Notes under the pieces: generated by a model | Told to the model about the DNA's origin: nothing | The model's input: only the letters and a program-made list of their open reading frames with translations | Databases searched by the model: none | Origin: Blochmannia endosymbiont of Camponotus modoc | GTDB lineage: Bacteria; Pseudomonadota; Gammaproteobacteria; Enterobacterales; Enterobacteriaceae | Assembly (NCBI RefSeq): GCF_023585785.1 | Contig: NZ_CP097765.1 | Location: forward strand, 30,001-62,000 | Length of the DNA stretch: 32,000 nucleotides | Direction of reading: 5' to 3' | Made by a program: the position numbers and the translations under genes | Shown here: in pieces, positions 20,449 through 31,453 of the stretch | Position numbering within the stretch: the stretch's first letter is position 1 | Layout: every line of letters begins with the position of its first letter

Positions 20449-21255
20449 TTAAATATCAAAATCTACCCATACCGGAGCATGATCGGACGGTTGTTGCATT
20501 CTACGAATATTATAGCTTATATCACTATTTTTACAACGATTGACTAGAGGACGTGTTGCTAATATCAAATCAATACGTAAACCATTATTTTTGTAAAAAC
20601 CACGGGATCTATAGCTGAACCAGGAATAACGTTCATCATTTTGAGGGTGCATGTTTCGGTATATATCTACCAAACCCCAGCTCATCAAACGATTGATCCA
20701 TGTTCTTTCCTCTGGTAAGAAAGAACATCGTCCTGATGCGATCCAACGTTTTTTATTTTTTTCACCAATACCAACATCAAAATCTGTAGGACTAATGTTC
20801 ATGTCGCCCATAATCAGTAATAATGAATGACTGCGATAGGTATGTTCTACGTAGTTTTGAAAACTTTTATAAAAATTTTTTTTGTATATAAACTTTTCTG
20901 GATGATTTTTATTTTCTCCTTGGGGAAAATAACCGTTAATAATAGTCAATTTCCCTATTGATGTCATAATATCAGCCATAATTATCCGTTTTTGAGATAA
21001 ATTATCATCATCAGTCAGTCCACGAGTAACAGTTAAAGGAGTTTGACGTAGAAACAATGCAACTCCATGATATTTTTTTTGACCGTAATAATATACGTGA
21101 TAACCATGTTGCAGTATTTCTTTTATAGGGAAACAATCATCATGTACTTTAGTTTCTTGTAACCCAATGACATCAGGTTTCAATTGAGAGATAATTGCGT
21201 GTAATTGATGCATACGAGCACGTAATCCATTGATGTTAAAAGAAACAAATTTCAT
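20449..21255 (-). CDS. xthA: Exodeoxyribonuclease III
   Basis: [63 protein letters not shown]; matches E. coli XthA. Confidence 0.96.
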   Translation of the reverse strand: MKFVSFNINGLRARMHQLHAIISQLKPDVIGLQETKVHDDCFPIKEILQHGYHVYYYGQKKYHGVALFLRQTPLTVTRGLTDDDNLSQKRIIMADIMTSIGKLTIINGYFPQGENKNHPEKFIYKKNFYKSFQNYVEHTYRSHSLLLIMGDMNISPTDFDVGIGEKNKKRWIASGRCSFLPEERTWINRLMSWGLVDIYRNMHPQNDERYSWFSYRSRGFYKNNGLRIDLILATRPLVNRCKNSDISYNIRRMQQPSDHAPVWVDFDI

Positions 21256-23143
21256 ATGATGGCGATCCGTATTTATTTTCGATCATAAAATATAGGTGTT
21301 ATTGACTTAATAAAATAAAAATAATTAACAATAATGAATTTACATACTTTGTATGTGTATAATAGTATATGAAAATAAATACTATTTGTTACACTTATTT
21401 AATTATTAATCAGATCAGTATATTTAATTCTTTAAAGATAATAGTTAGAGATGCAAAACTTTAAGCTATTATATATGAATGTTTCTATACAATACAATGA
21501 ATTAATAAATTCAAAATATTTGTTGTGTTTTGAATAAATTATTAGCTATGGGTATGTTTATAAGTATGAGAAGATTGGTGAATATATTAAAATAAATTAT
21601 TATGATTCTAATTTTTTTATATGTTTATTATTTGACGATCAATTAATTTAACTAGTCATCGAAAATTACAATTATTATTGTAATAGTTCATAAAACGTAT
21701 TCTTCAATAATCTGGGGTTTTGTTCTAATTTTATTTAATAGAATGTTTGTATATCATGGTTAGTTATTTAAATTAAAATCATGTTAATTTAAAATTGGTT
21801 TGTTATCAATTTTTTTATAAAGTTGTTGAAGAATAATTAAAAAGTAATTTAAATATATATTTAAAATAGTATTTATAAAAAATAGATTTATAGCTTGTTC
21901 CAAAAGTCTATTTTGATCCTATTATTAGGAGAATTGTTTTATATAATATAAATATCAAAATATTATTTGATACTAATGATTTTTGTATAAATTTATTTTT
22001 TCAGTAATGTGAAATTATGTTGAAACAATTGAAAATTTATATGTTGCATAATTGCAAGCAATTCTATGGTTTTAAATAGTTTTTAATATGTTTTATGTTA
22101 AGGTTTTTAATGGCATCAACAGATGTATCGTATCTTTTTATATGTCAATAGGATATATTATTAAAATTTATAATCACAAAGTTTTAGAAAATATGTTGAA
22201 TGGTATTCATTGAATATTAGTGAGTGTAATGATTTTTGCAATTTGAATTTTTATTGAAATATATATAACAAGTATAGTGATCGTCCTAACATACATGATG
22301 CTAGGATATTTTTAATATTTATGACATCCTTAATTTTTATTAAGCATTTAAAATATGTCTATTTAGTACGAAAACTATATTATAGTACTAAATTAAATTA
22401 TATTATGATGTTATGTTGGTGTTTTTGTTTTTAATTATTATTTTAACAATTCTAAAAAAAACAGTATAGATCGTAAGTATATGTACTTATTTGGTATATA
22501 TTTATATATAGGTATTGTTTTTTAATTAAAAATCAATTTTTGATAAATTGTGTAAGATATTTCCATCTAATATTTTAGATCGGGGGGGGTTATGAAGGAA
22601 ATAATAATTGATATTTATATAAGTAACCATATTTAATAATCGTGATATTTATGTTAATAAAAATTTTTAAATTCTACAGTTGATGTCAATATAGTTATTT
22701 TTATTTTTTAAGATTTATATTTTTAAGGAATATAACATTCCAGTCAGTATAGATTATTAATTATAATTGATGTTGTGGGCATATGTATAAAATATACAGA
22801 GATATTTTGAGATGGAATGAAATAGAATTTATTTATATGTATGAAAAATATTACATTAATTTAATATAGTGACAATGTGTTTGGGTAATAATAAATCTAC
22901 ATTAGAGATGGACATTATTAAAATTACTGGAAATTTGTTTACTTCTACTAAACGGTGTAGTCATGGACAACTAGTGTTTCGATAAAAACAATGAATATAC
23001 AATAGATTCATTAATTTAATTAAACATATTTGTATTCTATAAAAAGTAATTGTGATTATTATGTGTGATATTATGAATTAATAATATTAATTTGAGTGAT
23101 TATGAACAGTATAATACATATTAAATTGTGCATATGATGATTC

Positions 23144-23186
23144 CAGACAAAGAGCTTGAAAATATTACCAAGCATTTCTTTGTCTG
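23144..23186 (-). terminator. Two-part hairpin downstream of hns (possible terminator or 3' stabiliser)
   Basis: CAGACAAAG (23144-23152) pairs with CTTTGTCTG (23178-23186), and inner GCTTG (23154-23158) with CAAGC (23169-23173). It begins about 33 nt past the hns stop, with no strong U-tract. Confidence 0.45.
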
Positions 23187-23218
23187 AGATGAAATAAATA
23201 AGTATTATTTATCATTAA

Positions 23219-23629
23219 TTATAGTAAAAAATCTTCTAATTTTTTCTTTTTTTCATCGATAGCTTTTTTGATAATTGAGGGAGTGCGCCCTTGTCCGGTC
23301 CAAGTTTTCATTTCACCATATTTGTTAATGTATTGATACTTTGCTGGGCGAGCTGCACGTTTATTTTTGTGAAAAGGTTTAGTATTAGAAGTTATATTTT
23401 GTAATAGTTCATTAGGATCTATCCCGTCAGCTATGAGCATATCACGATATTGTTGTAATTTTAGAGAATGTTTTTCTATTTTAGCTTGAGCTTGATTACT
23501 TTCTTCTCGGCGTTCATTAACAACTACTTCTAGTTTTTCTAACATCTCTTCTAAGGTATCAAGGGTGCACGCTCTAGCTTGCGCTCGTAAAGTACGTATA
23601 TTATTAAGAATTTTTAGTGTGTCGTTCAT
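23219..23629 (-). CDS. hns: Nucleoid-associated protein H-NS
   Basis: [39 protein letters not shown] and the DNA-binding core [17 protein letters not shown]; matches E. coli H-NS. Confidence 0.96.
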   Translation of the reverse strand: MNDTLKILNNIRTLRAQARACTLDTLEEMLEKLEVVVNERREESNQAQAKIEKHSLKLQQYRDMLIADGIDPNELLQNITSNTKPFHKNKRAARPAKYQYINKYGEMKTWTGQGRTPSIIKKAIDEKKKKLEDFLL

Positions 23630-24256
23630 CGAATTAATCTCAAAATGTGATAAATAACAAGTCTAGAGTAAGGATAGAGCGCTAATTTATTTTCTGCAAG
23701 ACCTAGGGTGTTTAATTTATAAATAATCTTATTATATTTTATGTTAATTGATAATTAAATATATATAGTGTTATAAGTATCAGTGAGTATGATTTATGTT
23801 TTCCTATTAAAATATTTAATTAATTTTAATTAAATGATTTATGTATTATTTATAATAATATTTAATATTATTTAATGTTTAAGTATTATCCATTCAAATT
23901 AAAATTATTTATTTACTTATAAAATTTTATAAATATAAATAATATCTTTTATTAATCTAAATTATTTTTGTAAATATATGGATTGTATGTTAAGTATAGA
24001 TTTTTTTTATTTACCTGAATCGTTATTTTGAACATAAAATACAAAATAGTGTTAAAAACATATATGGTATTGTAAAAGTGTTTATCTCGGATAAAATAAA
24101 AAACTTATTTCATCACACATTAATTTAGTATATAAAATAAATGTTTTTTATAAGTTTATAGATTAAATAATTTTTTAAACTTAATATTATCATAATTTAA
24201 ATTATATTTATGTTACTAGTAGTAAAATACTGTAAGTCGAATAGGGTGTTAATTAT

Positions 24257-24874
24257 ATGGCACAATTATATTTTTATTATTCCGCAATGAATGCTGGAAA
24301 AACTACCGCATTATTACAGTCTTCTTATAATTATCAAGAACGAGGAATGCGCACTGTGTTATATACTGCTGACATGAATTCTCGAGATAATAGATATAAA
24401 CAAATTAAATCTCGTATTGGATTATATGCTTCTGCCAGAGCGTTTAACATTAAAACTAATTTTTTTGATCAAATAGTAACTATACATCAAAAGGATATAA
24501 TACATTGTGTATTAGTGGATGAGTGTCATTTTCTCAATCGTAATCAAGTGATTGATTTAAGCAAGATAGTCGATGTGTTAAATATTCCAGTATTATGTTA
24601 TGGATTACGTACTGATTTTAGAGCTGATTTATTTTCAGGCAGTCTATGGTTATTAGCATGGGCAGATAAATTAATCGAATTAAAAACTATTTGTTATTGT
24701 GGACGAAAATCTAATAGAGTTCTTAGAATTGATGATAAAGGTTTAATAATTCGAGATGGAAATCAAATATTGATTGGTGGTAATAATCGCTATGTTTCAG
24801 TGTGTCGTAAACATTTTGTAGAACAATTAGAGTCACCATTATCTTTAACAAAACGTGTATATAAAAATAGATAA
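24257..24874 (+). CDS. tdk: Thymidine kinase
   Basis: [30 protein letters not shown]-loop, [10 protein letters not shown], Cys motifs CYCGRKS and VCRKHF. Confidence 0.95.
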   Translation: MAQLYFYYSAMNAGKTTALLQSSYNYQERGMRTVLYTADMNSRDNRYKQIKSRIGLYASARAFNIKTNFFDQIVTIHQKDIIHCVLVDECHFLNRNQVIDLSKIVDVLNIPVLCYGLRTDFRADLFSGSLWLLAWADKLIELKTICYCGRKSNRVLRIDDKGLIIRDGNQILIGGNNRYVSVCRKHFVEQLESPLSLTKRVYKNR

Positions 24875-25321
24875 TAGTTTATTAAAGTTATGTGTATGTT
24901 ACTTTCTTTTAAATAAGATATATTTTTATACATAATAAATTTTATATTCAAGTTCTAAACTGATATAGATATTACTTGTATTTTGGATTCATTTTTATTA
25001 ATCAATATGGATTGATTCATATTTATATATCACAATTTGCAGTTACATGTAATGATGATGAAATACTGTGCATCTCATCATGTACTTGGCGTCAGGTGTT
25101 AGTTAGGTTAATTAAATACAGAATATATTTCTTGTTTTAAACGTATATAGAATTTATTTTTATGTAAATTAAATTAATATGTGAGTATATGTTTAATTAT
25201 GATAAAGTGATTTTATGGATATTTTAATTCAAATTAATAGAAACCTATTTAATGGATGTAGTATGGGATTTGTTATATTTATTTTGAGTTATTTTGTTGA
25301 AACTAAAAGTTAAAAAATTCC

Positions 25322-26791
25322 TTATAAAAGAGGACTTAAGAAATAAAATAAACGTTCAACAATGCGTTCCCAATAAGGACGGTTAGCCCATTTTTGGGGA
25401 TCGATTGTTTTAGAGTGTGCAATATAATTCTCCTGTGTTTTTTCTAGCTCATTACTAAAATCTTTACTATCAATGACTAATGTGATTTCAAAGTTTAGCC
25501 ATAAACTGCGTATATCTAGGTTTACGGTTCCTATTAGACTTAATTGCTGATCGATTAATACACTTTTTACGTGCAGTAATCCATTTTGGAATTGATGTAT
25601 TAAAACTCCGGCTTTTAATAATTCGCTAAAAAATGCTCTGCTAGCCCAGTTTACTAATACAGAGTCGTTGTTTTGAGGAATAATAATATGTACTTCTACG
25701 CCCCGTTGTGCTGCTGTACAAATGGCATGTAATAAATCATCACTAGGTACCAAATATGGAGTAGTAATAATAAGTTTTTTACGTGCTTCATATAATGATA
25801 TTAGTAATGCTTGATGAATTATTCCCTCTGGACATCCTGGTCCAGAGGGAATAATTTGAACAGTATGTCCTGTTGGTATTAGTTTATGATCTGCTACTAT
25901 GTGAGTGTTGAATAACAATGGGAACAATACGTGTTGTCCCGTTTCGATTTCCCAATCAGAAGAAAATATTATGCTCATGGCTGAAGCTGCAGGCCCGTCT
26001 ATGCGTACCATAATGTCGACCCATTGTCCAATTCCTATGTTTTTTTTAAACAATTGTGGATCTACCATATTCATACTGCCAGTATAAGCAATATGGTCAT
26101 CAATTAATATCATTTTTCGGTGTTGTCGCAAATCCATACGACGTAAGAAGACGCGTAACAAATTGACATGCAGTGCTTCTACAATATTCACCCCAGCCTG
26201 GCGCATTATATTAGGATATGAACTACTGAAAAAATTAGCGCATCCGGCTGAATCTAATATAATTCGACACCGGATACCTTTTTTAGCTGCTATAATTAAT
26301 TTTTTTATAACATGATCTACTAGTCCCCCAGATTCCCAAATATAAAATACCATATCAATACTGTGTTGAGCTAATTCAATATCTTTAATTAAAGATATGA
26401 TGGTATCGTCAGTTTTTTTTAATAACTGTATTTGATTACCTCTTAGAGCGCCTATTCCTTGACGATGTTCGCAAAGCTTAAATAATGAAGAAGCGATTAC
26501 GCTGTGTTCAGTGGAAAATATATGTTTGTAGGTTTTTAGTATTTGTATGCGACGCATAGTAGATGACCATGCTATCTTACTTCTAGTAGATCGTTGTTTA
26601 CCAAGGTTAGATTCTCCAAATAATAGATATGTAATGATACCTATTAAAGGCAAAACATAAATTACTAATAACCATGCCATAGACGATGGTACTGCTCGGC
26701 GTTTTATTAAAACTCGAAATGTAACTAGTACGATTAATAACCAATAACTGCATAAGAAAATACAATTAAATATGGCATGAATCGCAATCAT
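25322..26791 (-). CDS. cls: Cardiolipin synthase A
   Basis: Two HKD motifs: [18 protein letters not shown] and [32 protein letters not shown]; N-terminal membrane helices. Confidence 0.95.
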   Translation of the reverse strand: MIAIHAIFNCIFLCSYWLLIVLVTFRVLIKRRAVPSSMAWLLVIYVLPLIGIITYLLFGESNLGKQRSTRSKIAWSSTMRRIQILKTYKHIFSTEHSVIASSLFKLCEHRQGIGALRGNQIQLLKKTDDTIISLIKDIELAQHSIDMVFYIWESGGLVDHVIKKLIIAAKKGIRCRIILDSAGCANFFSSSYPNIMRQAGVNIVEALHVNLLRVFLRRMDLRQHRKMILIDDHIAYTGSMNMVDPQLFKKNIGIGQWVDIMVRIDGPAASAMSIIFSSDWEIETGQHVLFPLLFNTHIVADHKLIPTGHTVQIIPSGPGCPEGIIHQALLISLYEARKKLIITTPYLVPSDDLLHAICTAAQRGVEVHIIIPQNNDSVLVNWASRAFFSELLKAGVLIHQFQNGLLHVKSVLIDQQLSLIGTVNLDIRSLWLNFEITLVIDSKDFSNELEKTQENYIAHSKTIDPQKWANRPYWERIVERLFYFLSPLL

Positions 26792-27295
26792 GATTACATA
26801 GATCCTATTGAGATGTTTATGGGATATCTTAAATAAAGACTATAGATTATTATTGAATATTTATTTTATGACAAATTTTATAATCATATAAAAGGTGTAG
26901 ATATATATAATGATCAGATTTTGATTATTAAAATATATTAATTAATATTAATTATTATTTAATAATATCAATTTCATTATTATATTTATACATTATATAC
27001 AGTATATGATATTTGCAAACACTTATTATATTTTTAGGAAATAAATTAATTTGTATATTTCATATATAATTAGTAATTATTATGCGACGCAATACATATA
27101 ATCGATTATTAACACTCGGATAGTACAATCAATTAACAAAAAACTGATGTATGTGTTTAGTTAAATTGTTTAATTTTAGACAATTAGAATTGATGCATAA
27201 CTATTTGTTGTAGTATATATTCATTTATTTAAAATATTGAGGAGAATGATTTAAAATAATTCCTAGTATAAAAACATAAAATATTCAAAATCATA

Positions 27296-28027
27296 ATGAA
27301 ATATGATATTTTTTTAAAAAAAATAAAAGATTTGATTATAGATCCGTTCCAACGGATTTGGCGCAGACTACATATGTCAATTTATTTTTGTTGTTTTTTA
27401 TCATGTGTAATACATGTATTTGTAATGCATGTATTATTATATTATTGTCATCATTCTGTTAATCAGTCTGTTTGTGCGCAAAGATCTAATATAATGACAT
27501 TGTCATTACTGCAAACTAGTCAAATTTTTCATGAATCGTTAGAAAAAAATCAGTTGTCAAAAACACTTAAAACATGTCATAAGCAGCAAAATTCAAGATC
27601 TATAATTCGTTCAGAAAAAAAAATTTTAGATAGTTCTAAATATACATTAAATGCTGATAAAAATTTGTCTTCGGTTGAGAAAAACAATGTTAATATTGGA
27701 AAATCTACAACACATTCTGTACATGTTCCTGAAAAACATCAGGATCGACCGTATATATCTTCTTGCATAATTAATTGCGTATATCCAGAATATCCTAATA
27801 GAGCGAAAATATTAAATATAGCAGGCAAAATTATTGTACAATATGATGTAAATACTAGAGGTAAAGTTGATAACATATGTATATTATCAGCGGTCCCTTC
27901 TGGTGTATTCGAAGAAAGTATTAGATCAGCTATGCGTCGTTGGGTATATGAGAGCAATAAACCAGAAAAAAAATTGATTATTACTTTCAAATTTTGTTTA
28001 AATTCTGTAAAAATGTTTTGTAATTAA
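27296..28027 (+). CDS. tonB: TonB energy-transducing protein (divergent linker)
   Basis: C-terminal YPEYPNRAKILNIAGKIIVQYDVNTRGKVDNICILSAVPSGVFEESIRSAMRRWVYE matches the TonB C-terminal domain; N-terminal membrane helix with SxxxH; between cls and yciC as in enterics. Confidence 0.88.
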   Translation: MKYDIFLKKIKDLIIDPFQRIWRRLHMSIYFCCFLSCVIHVFVMHVLLYYCHHSVNQSVCAQRSNIMTLSLLQTSQIFHESLEKNQLSKTLKTCHKQQNSRSIIRSEKKILDSSKYTLNADKNLSSVEKNNVNIGKSTTHSVHVPEKHQDRPYISSCIINCVYPEYPNRAKILNIAGKIIVQYDVNTRGKVDNICILSAVPSGVFEESIRSAMRRWVYESNKPEKKLIITFKFCLNSVKMFCN

Positions 28028-28197
28028 TATTACATATGATGATGTTGATAAATTGATTGTGCAGGTTTATGTGAAAATAATGTTTGTAACTAATTGAATA
28101 ATTTATTATTTCGGGTTGCAATATATACAGGTTTTTGTTTTATATTAGTTATTTTTTAATATAAATATAAATAAAATTTTTTAAAAAATTAATAATT

Positions 28198-28983
28198 TCA
28201 TACTGTTCTGATAATCATATATAAGCGATATAAATAAATTAAAATAATTACAGATAGTATATTATTCGTGGTGTTCATTAAAATCTTAACAATGAAGATC
28301 CAAGAATGGAAATAATGGATTAATATTAGTATAAGTATAGTTTTCATTAGAAACCATAATAGTATTGGTGGCGTAGTTAGATGAATGTTGCGATAGCTTA
28401 CTTTTATACTCAGGCGTATAGCTTCTATAATAGATATATTATTAGTGATAATCATAACCGGAGTTAGGCTGATTATAATGGCTAATAGAATACCCGGAAC
28501 AATTGCTATCATTAAACCCAGTTGTATGCACAACGTAGTGTAAAAAATTAATAGCAATAATTTTGGAAATAATGGTATTGTTGACTTAATAATATTTATT
28601 ATATTGAAAGATTGATTGCTTTTATTGGTAGTAGATAAAACATGTAACATAGTTAGTATATTTCCGAATAAAAAAGTACTACTTAGAAGCTTAGAAATAC
28701 TATTAGCAGCAGATAATTTTAATAAAATATACTGTTGATCTGATGATAACTCTTTGATCATGTCCTGTAAGCTCCCATTAATAAAATTATTCATAAATAT
28801 GAAATCTTCTTTTTTTGGTAATAAAATATAATCTAAGCTAGATTGAATTAATGTTGTAGCTAATATTAATGTTGTAATATTAATGTAATAATTACGAATA
28901 AAACATAATACGTCTTGAGATACTTTGATTATCATAATTTTTATAATTTTTCCAAAAAAGATTTTTGAAAATAGAGAGGTCAT
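28198..28983 (-). CDS. yciC: UPF0259 family inner membrane protein YciC
   Basis: LVLQ-like hydrophobic protein with LQDMIKELSSDQQYILLKLSAANSISKLL and VLLIYLYRLYMLIR-like C-terminus (VILIYLYRLYMIIRTV); position between tonB and trpA as in E. coli. Confidence 0.85.
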   Translation of the reverse strand: MTSLFSKIFFGKIIKIMIIKVSQDVLCFIRNYYINITTLILATTLIQSSLDYILLPKKEDFIFMNNFINGSLQDMIKELSSDQQYILLKLSAANSISKLLSSTFLFGNILTMLHVLSTTNKSNQSFNIINIIKSTIPLFPKLLLLIFYTTLCIQLGLMIAIVPGILLAIIISLTPVMIITNNISIIEAIRLSIKVSYRNIHLTTPPILLWFLMKTILILILIHYFHSWIFIVKILMNTTNNILSVIILIYLYRLYMIIRTV

Positions 28984-29387
28984 ATTTCTTCAAAATTGAA
29001 TTCGTGAAATATGATCAAATTGTTTAATTTCAATTAAAACATAATGTTATTCTATAAATAATTATATTCCACATATTGTTTGGGAAATACTCGTATTTGG
29101 CAATTTTCTGATAATATTTATTATTTATAATAAACCGAATATTTTTTCGTCAACATATTGTCGATGTATTGTGGTGCGTGTAGATATGTTTATAAGTTTA
29201 ACGCGTTTGCATACGGAGATTAATAAGTATTGTAATAATATTTTGTATATTAAAGTAATATTAAATCTATTATAATGTGTTTTGGAGTTTTTATAAGGAT
29301 TTGAGTACTAATTTTGATAATTATAATATATAACCGTTCGGTTTTTTGTTAAAAATAAGAATAGAAAAATGCCTATTATTACTAATT

Positions 29388-30218
29388 TTAGTTAGTATTA
29401 GAATGCATGGATATTTTCATAAGACGTACTAATTTTTCTATTTTCTTAAACGCTAGTTCTATGTTAGATATATTTTCTTCTATAATGCTTGCAATTTTAG
29501 AACCGGTAATGATCCCAGAAGTTCCTAACAATAACGATTCTTGAGCTTGAAGCGGCGTGTGTATTCCAAAACCTTGCAGTATAGGTAATTTTTTTTGTTT
29601 TTGGATACATTTAATTGTACTATGTAATATAGCATTATTATAAATTTTTTTTGTATTAATATCAATTCCAGTTACTCCGGGGCGAGATAATAAATAGATG
29701 TATCCATGTCCGAGAGTAGTAATGTTGTGGATTAATTCTTCGGTAGCATTAGGCGGACAAATAAAGATATGGGCTATTTTATGTTGTATAGCAGCATTAT
29801 AAAATGGTAGACTTTCTTCTACAGGAAGGTCAGGAATTAATACGGAATCTATATCTAATTTTGAGCAACATGAATAGAAATTATCTATTCCATTTTTGAA
29901 GACTAAATTTGCATAAATTAGTAATCCGATGGGCAAATTTGGATATTTGTTGCGAATATTGTGTAGTATCGTCACACAACGTGAAAAATTCATACCTGAT
30001 TTGAAAGCACGTTCCATACTTTTTTGTATTATAGGTCCATCTGATATAGGATCAGAAAATGGTATTCCTAATTCTAGTGCATCGGAACCTGAAGACACTA
30101 ATATCTCGATGATATGCATAAAAGAAATAGGATCGGGATATCCTACAGCAATAAAAGGGACAAATGCTCCTATTTTTTTTTGCTTTAAATGTGTAAATAA
30201 TTTTTTGTAACGATTCAT
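29388..30218 (-). CDS. trpA: Tryptophan synthase alpha chain
   Basis: GAFVPFIAVGYPDP, DALELGIPFSDPISDGPIIQ, YLLSRPGVTG, LQGFGIHTPLQA; follows trpB. Confidence 0.96.
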   Translation of the reverse strand: MNRYKKLFTHLKQKKIGAFVPFIAVGYPDPISFMHIIEILVSSGSDALELGIPFSDPISDGPIIQKSMERAFKSGMNFSRCVTILHNIRNKYPNLPIGLLIYANLVFKNGIDNFYSCCSKLDIDSVLIPDLPVEESLPFYNAAIQHKIAHIFICPPNATEELIHNITTLGHGYIYLLSRPGVTGIDINTKKIYNNAILHSTIKCIQKQKKLPILQGFGIHTPLQAQESLLLGTSGIITGSKIASIIEENISNIELAFKKIEKLVRLMKISMHSNTN

Positions 30219-30220
30219 TG

Positions 30221-31411
30221 TTATGTATCTCTTTCTTTTTGTAATGCATTATGAACTGTAGAAATGTCTTTATCTCCACGTCCAGACAAATTAACTACTA
30301 AAATTTGTGCTTTATTTGGTTGTTTTTGAATTATTTTTAGTGCATGAGCTAAAGCATGAGCAGATTCTAGAGCTGGAATAATTCCTTCATGAATAGATAA
30401 TTTCTTAAAAGCTGTTATGGCTTCCATATCATTAACAGATACATACTGTACCCGGCCAGTATTTTTTAGATAAACATGCTCTGGCCCGACAGATGGGAAA
30501 TCGAGACCAGCTGAAATAGAATAAGAATTTTTTATTTGTCCTTCCGAAGATTGTAAGATTGAAGTTTTCATACCAAAATAAATTCCTATACTTCCATGTT
30601 GTAGAGCAGCACCATGATATTTAGTATCTATACCTAATCCTCCAGCTTCTACACCTAATAACTGCACTGATGGTATGTCAACAAAATCGGAAAATATGCC
30701 AATAGCATTAGATCCCCCTCCTACGCAAGCAATAATTGCATCTGGTAAGCATTTCTCATATTTTTGTATTTGTTTGTATGTTTCTTTTCCAATAATACGT
30801 TGAAATTCTCTAACGATTGTGGGAAAAGGATGAGGTCCAGCAGCTGTACCAAGCATGTAATGGGTGTATTCATAAGTTTTCGACCATTCACGCATGGCTT
30901 CGTTACAAGCATCTTTTAACGTTTCAGATCCATGATGTACTGGAATAACTTGTGTGCCCATTAATTGCATTCTTAAAACGTTGAGTTTTTGACGTTTTAT
31001 ATCTTTAGATCCCATATAAATACGACATTTCAATCCTAAAAGAGATGCTGCAATGGAGACAGCAACTCCATGTTGTCCGGCACCAGTTTCAGCGATTATT
31101 TCTGTTTTAGACATACGTTTTGCTAATAAAGCTTGTCCTAATACTTGGTTGGTTTTATGAGATCCTCCATGTAATAAGTCTTCACGTTTTAAATACAGTT
31201 TAGTGCGAGTTCCTTTTGTTAAATTTCTACATAATGTTAAAGGAGTGGGGCGACCGGCGTAGTGATTTAAAAGATATTTGAGTTCTTTTTGGAAAACAGC
31301 ATCATCTTGCGCCGATATGAATGCTTCTTCTAATTGAGTTAGCGCTGGTATTAGAATTTGCGGTACATACATACCTCCAAATTCTCCAAAATAGGATTTT
31401 AATTTTATCAT
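30221..31411 (-). CDS. trpB: Tryptophan synthase beta chain
   Basis: [20 protein letters not shown] lysine motif [44 protein letters not shown]. Confidence 0.97.
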   Translation of the reverse strand: MIKLKSYFGEFGGMYVPQILIPALTQLEEAFISAQDDAVFQKELKYLLNHYAGRPTPLTLCRNLTKGTRTKLYLKREDLLHGGSHKTNQVLGQALLAKRMSKTEIIAETGAGQHGVAVSIAASLLGLKCRIYMGSKDIKRQKLNVLRMQLMGTQVIPVHHGSETLKDACNEAMREWSKTYEYTHYMLGTAAGPHPFPTIVREFQRIIGKETYKQIQKYEKCLPDAIIACVGGGSNAIGIFSDFVDIPSVQLLGVEAGGLGIDTKYHGAALQHGSIGIYFGMKTSILQSSEGQIKNSYSISAGLDFPSVGPEHVYLKNTGRVQYVSVNDMEAITAFKKLSIHEGIIPALESAHALAHALKIIQKQPNKAQILVVNLSGRGDKDISTVHNALQKERDT

Positions 31412-31453
31412 ATTGATTACTTTATTTTTTAATTATTTGAAATATATATTCCT

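Noticed and set aside
29332-29346. AACCG-TT-CGGTTTTTT considered as the trp operon terminator
   Set aside because: The stem is only 5 bp with a 2-nt loop, and the T-run is on the + strand while trpBA is on the minus strand; too weak to call.
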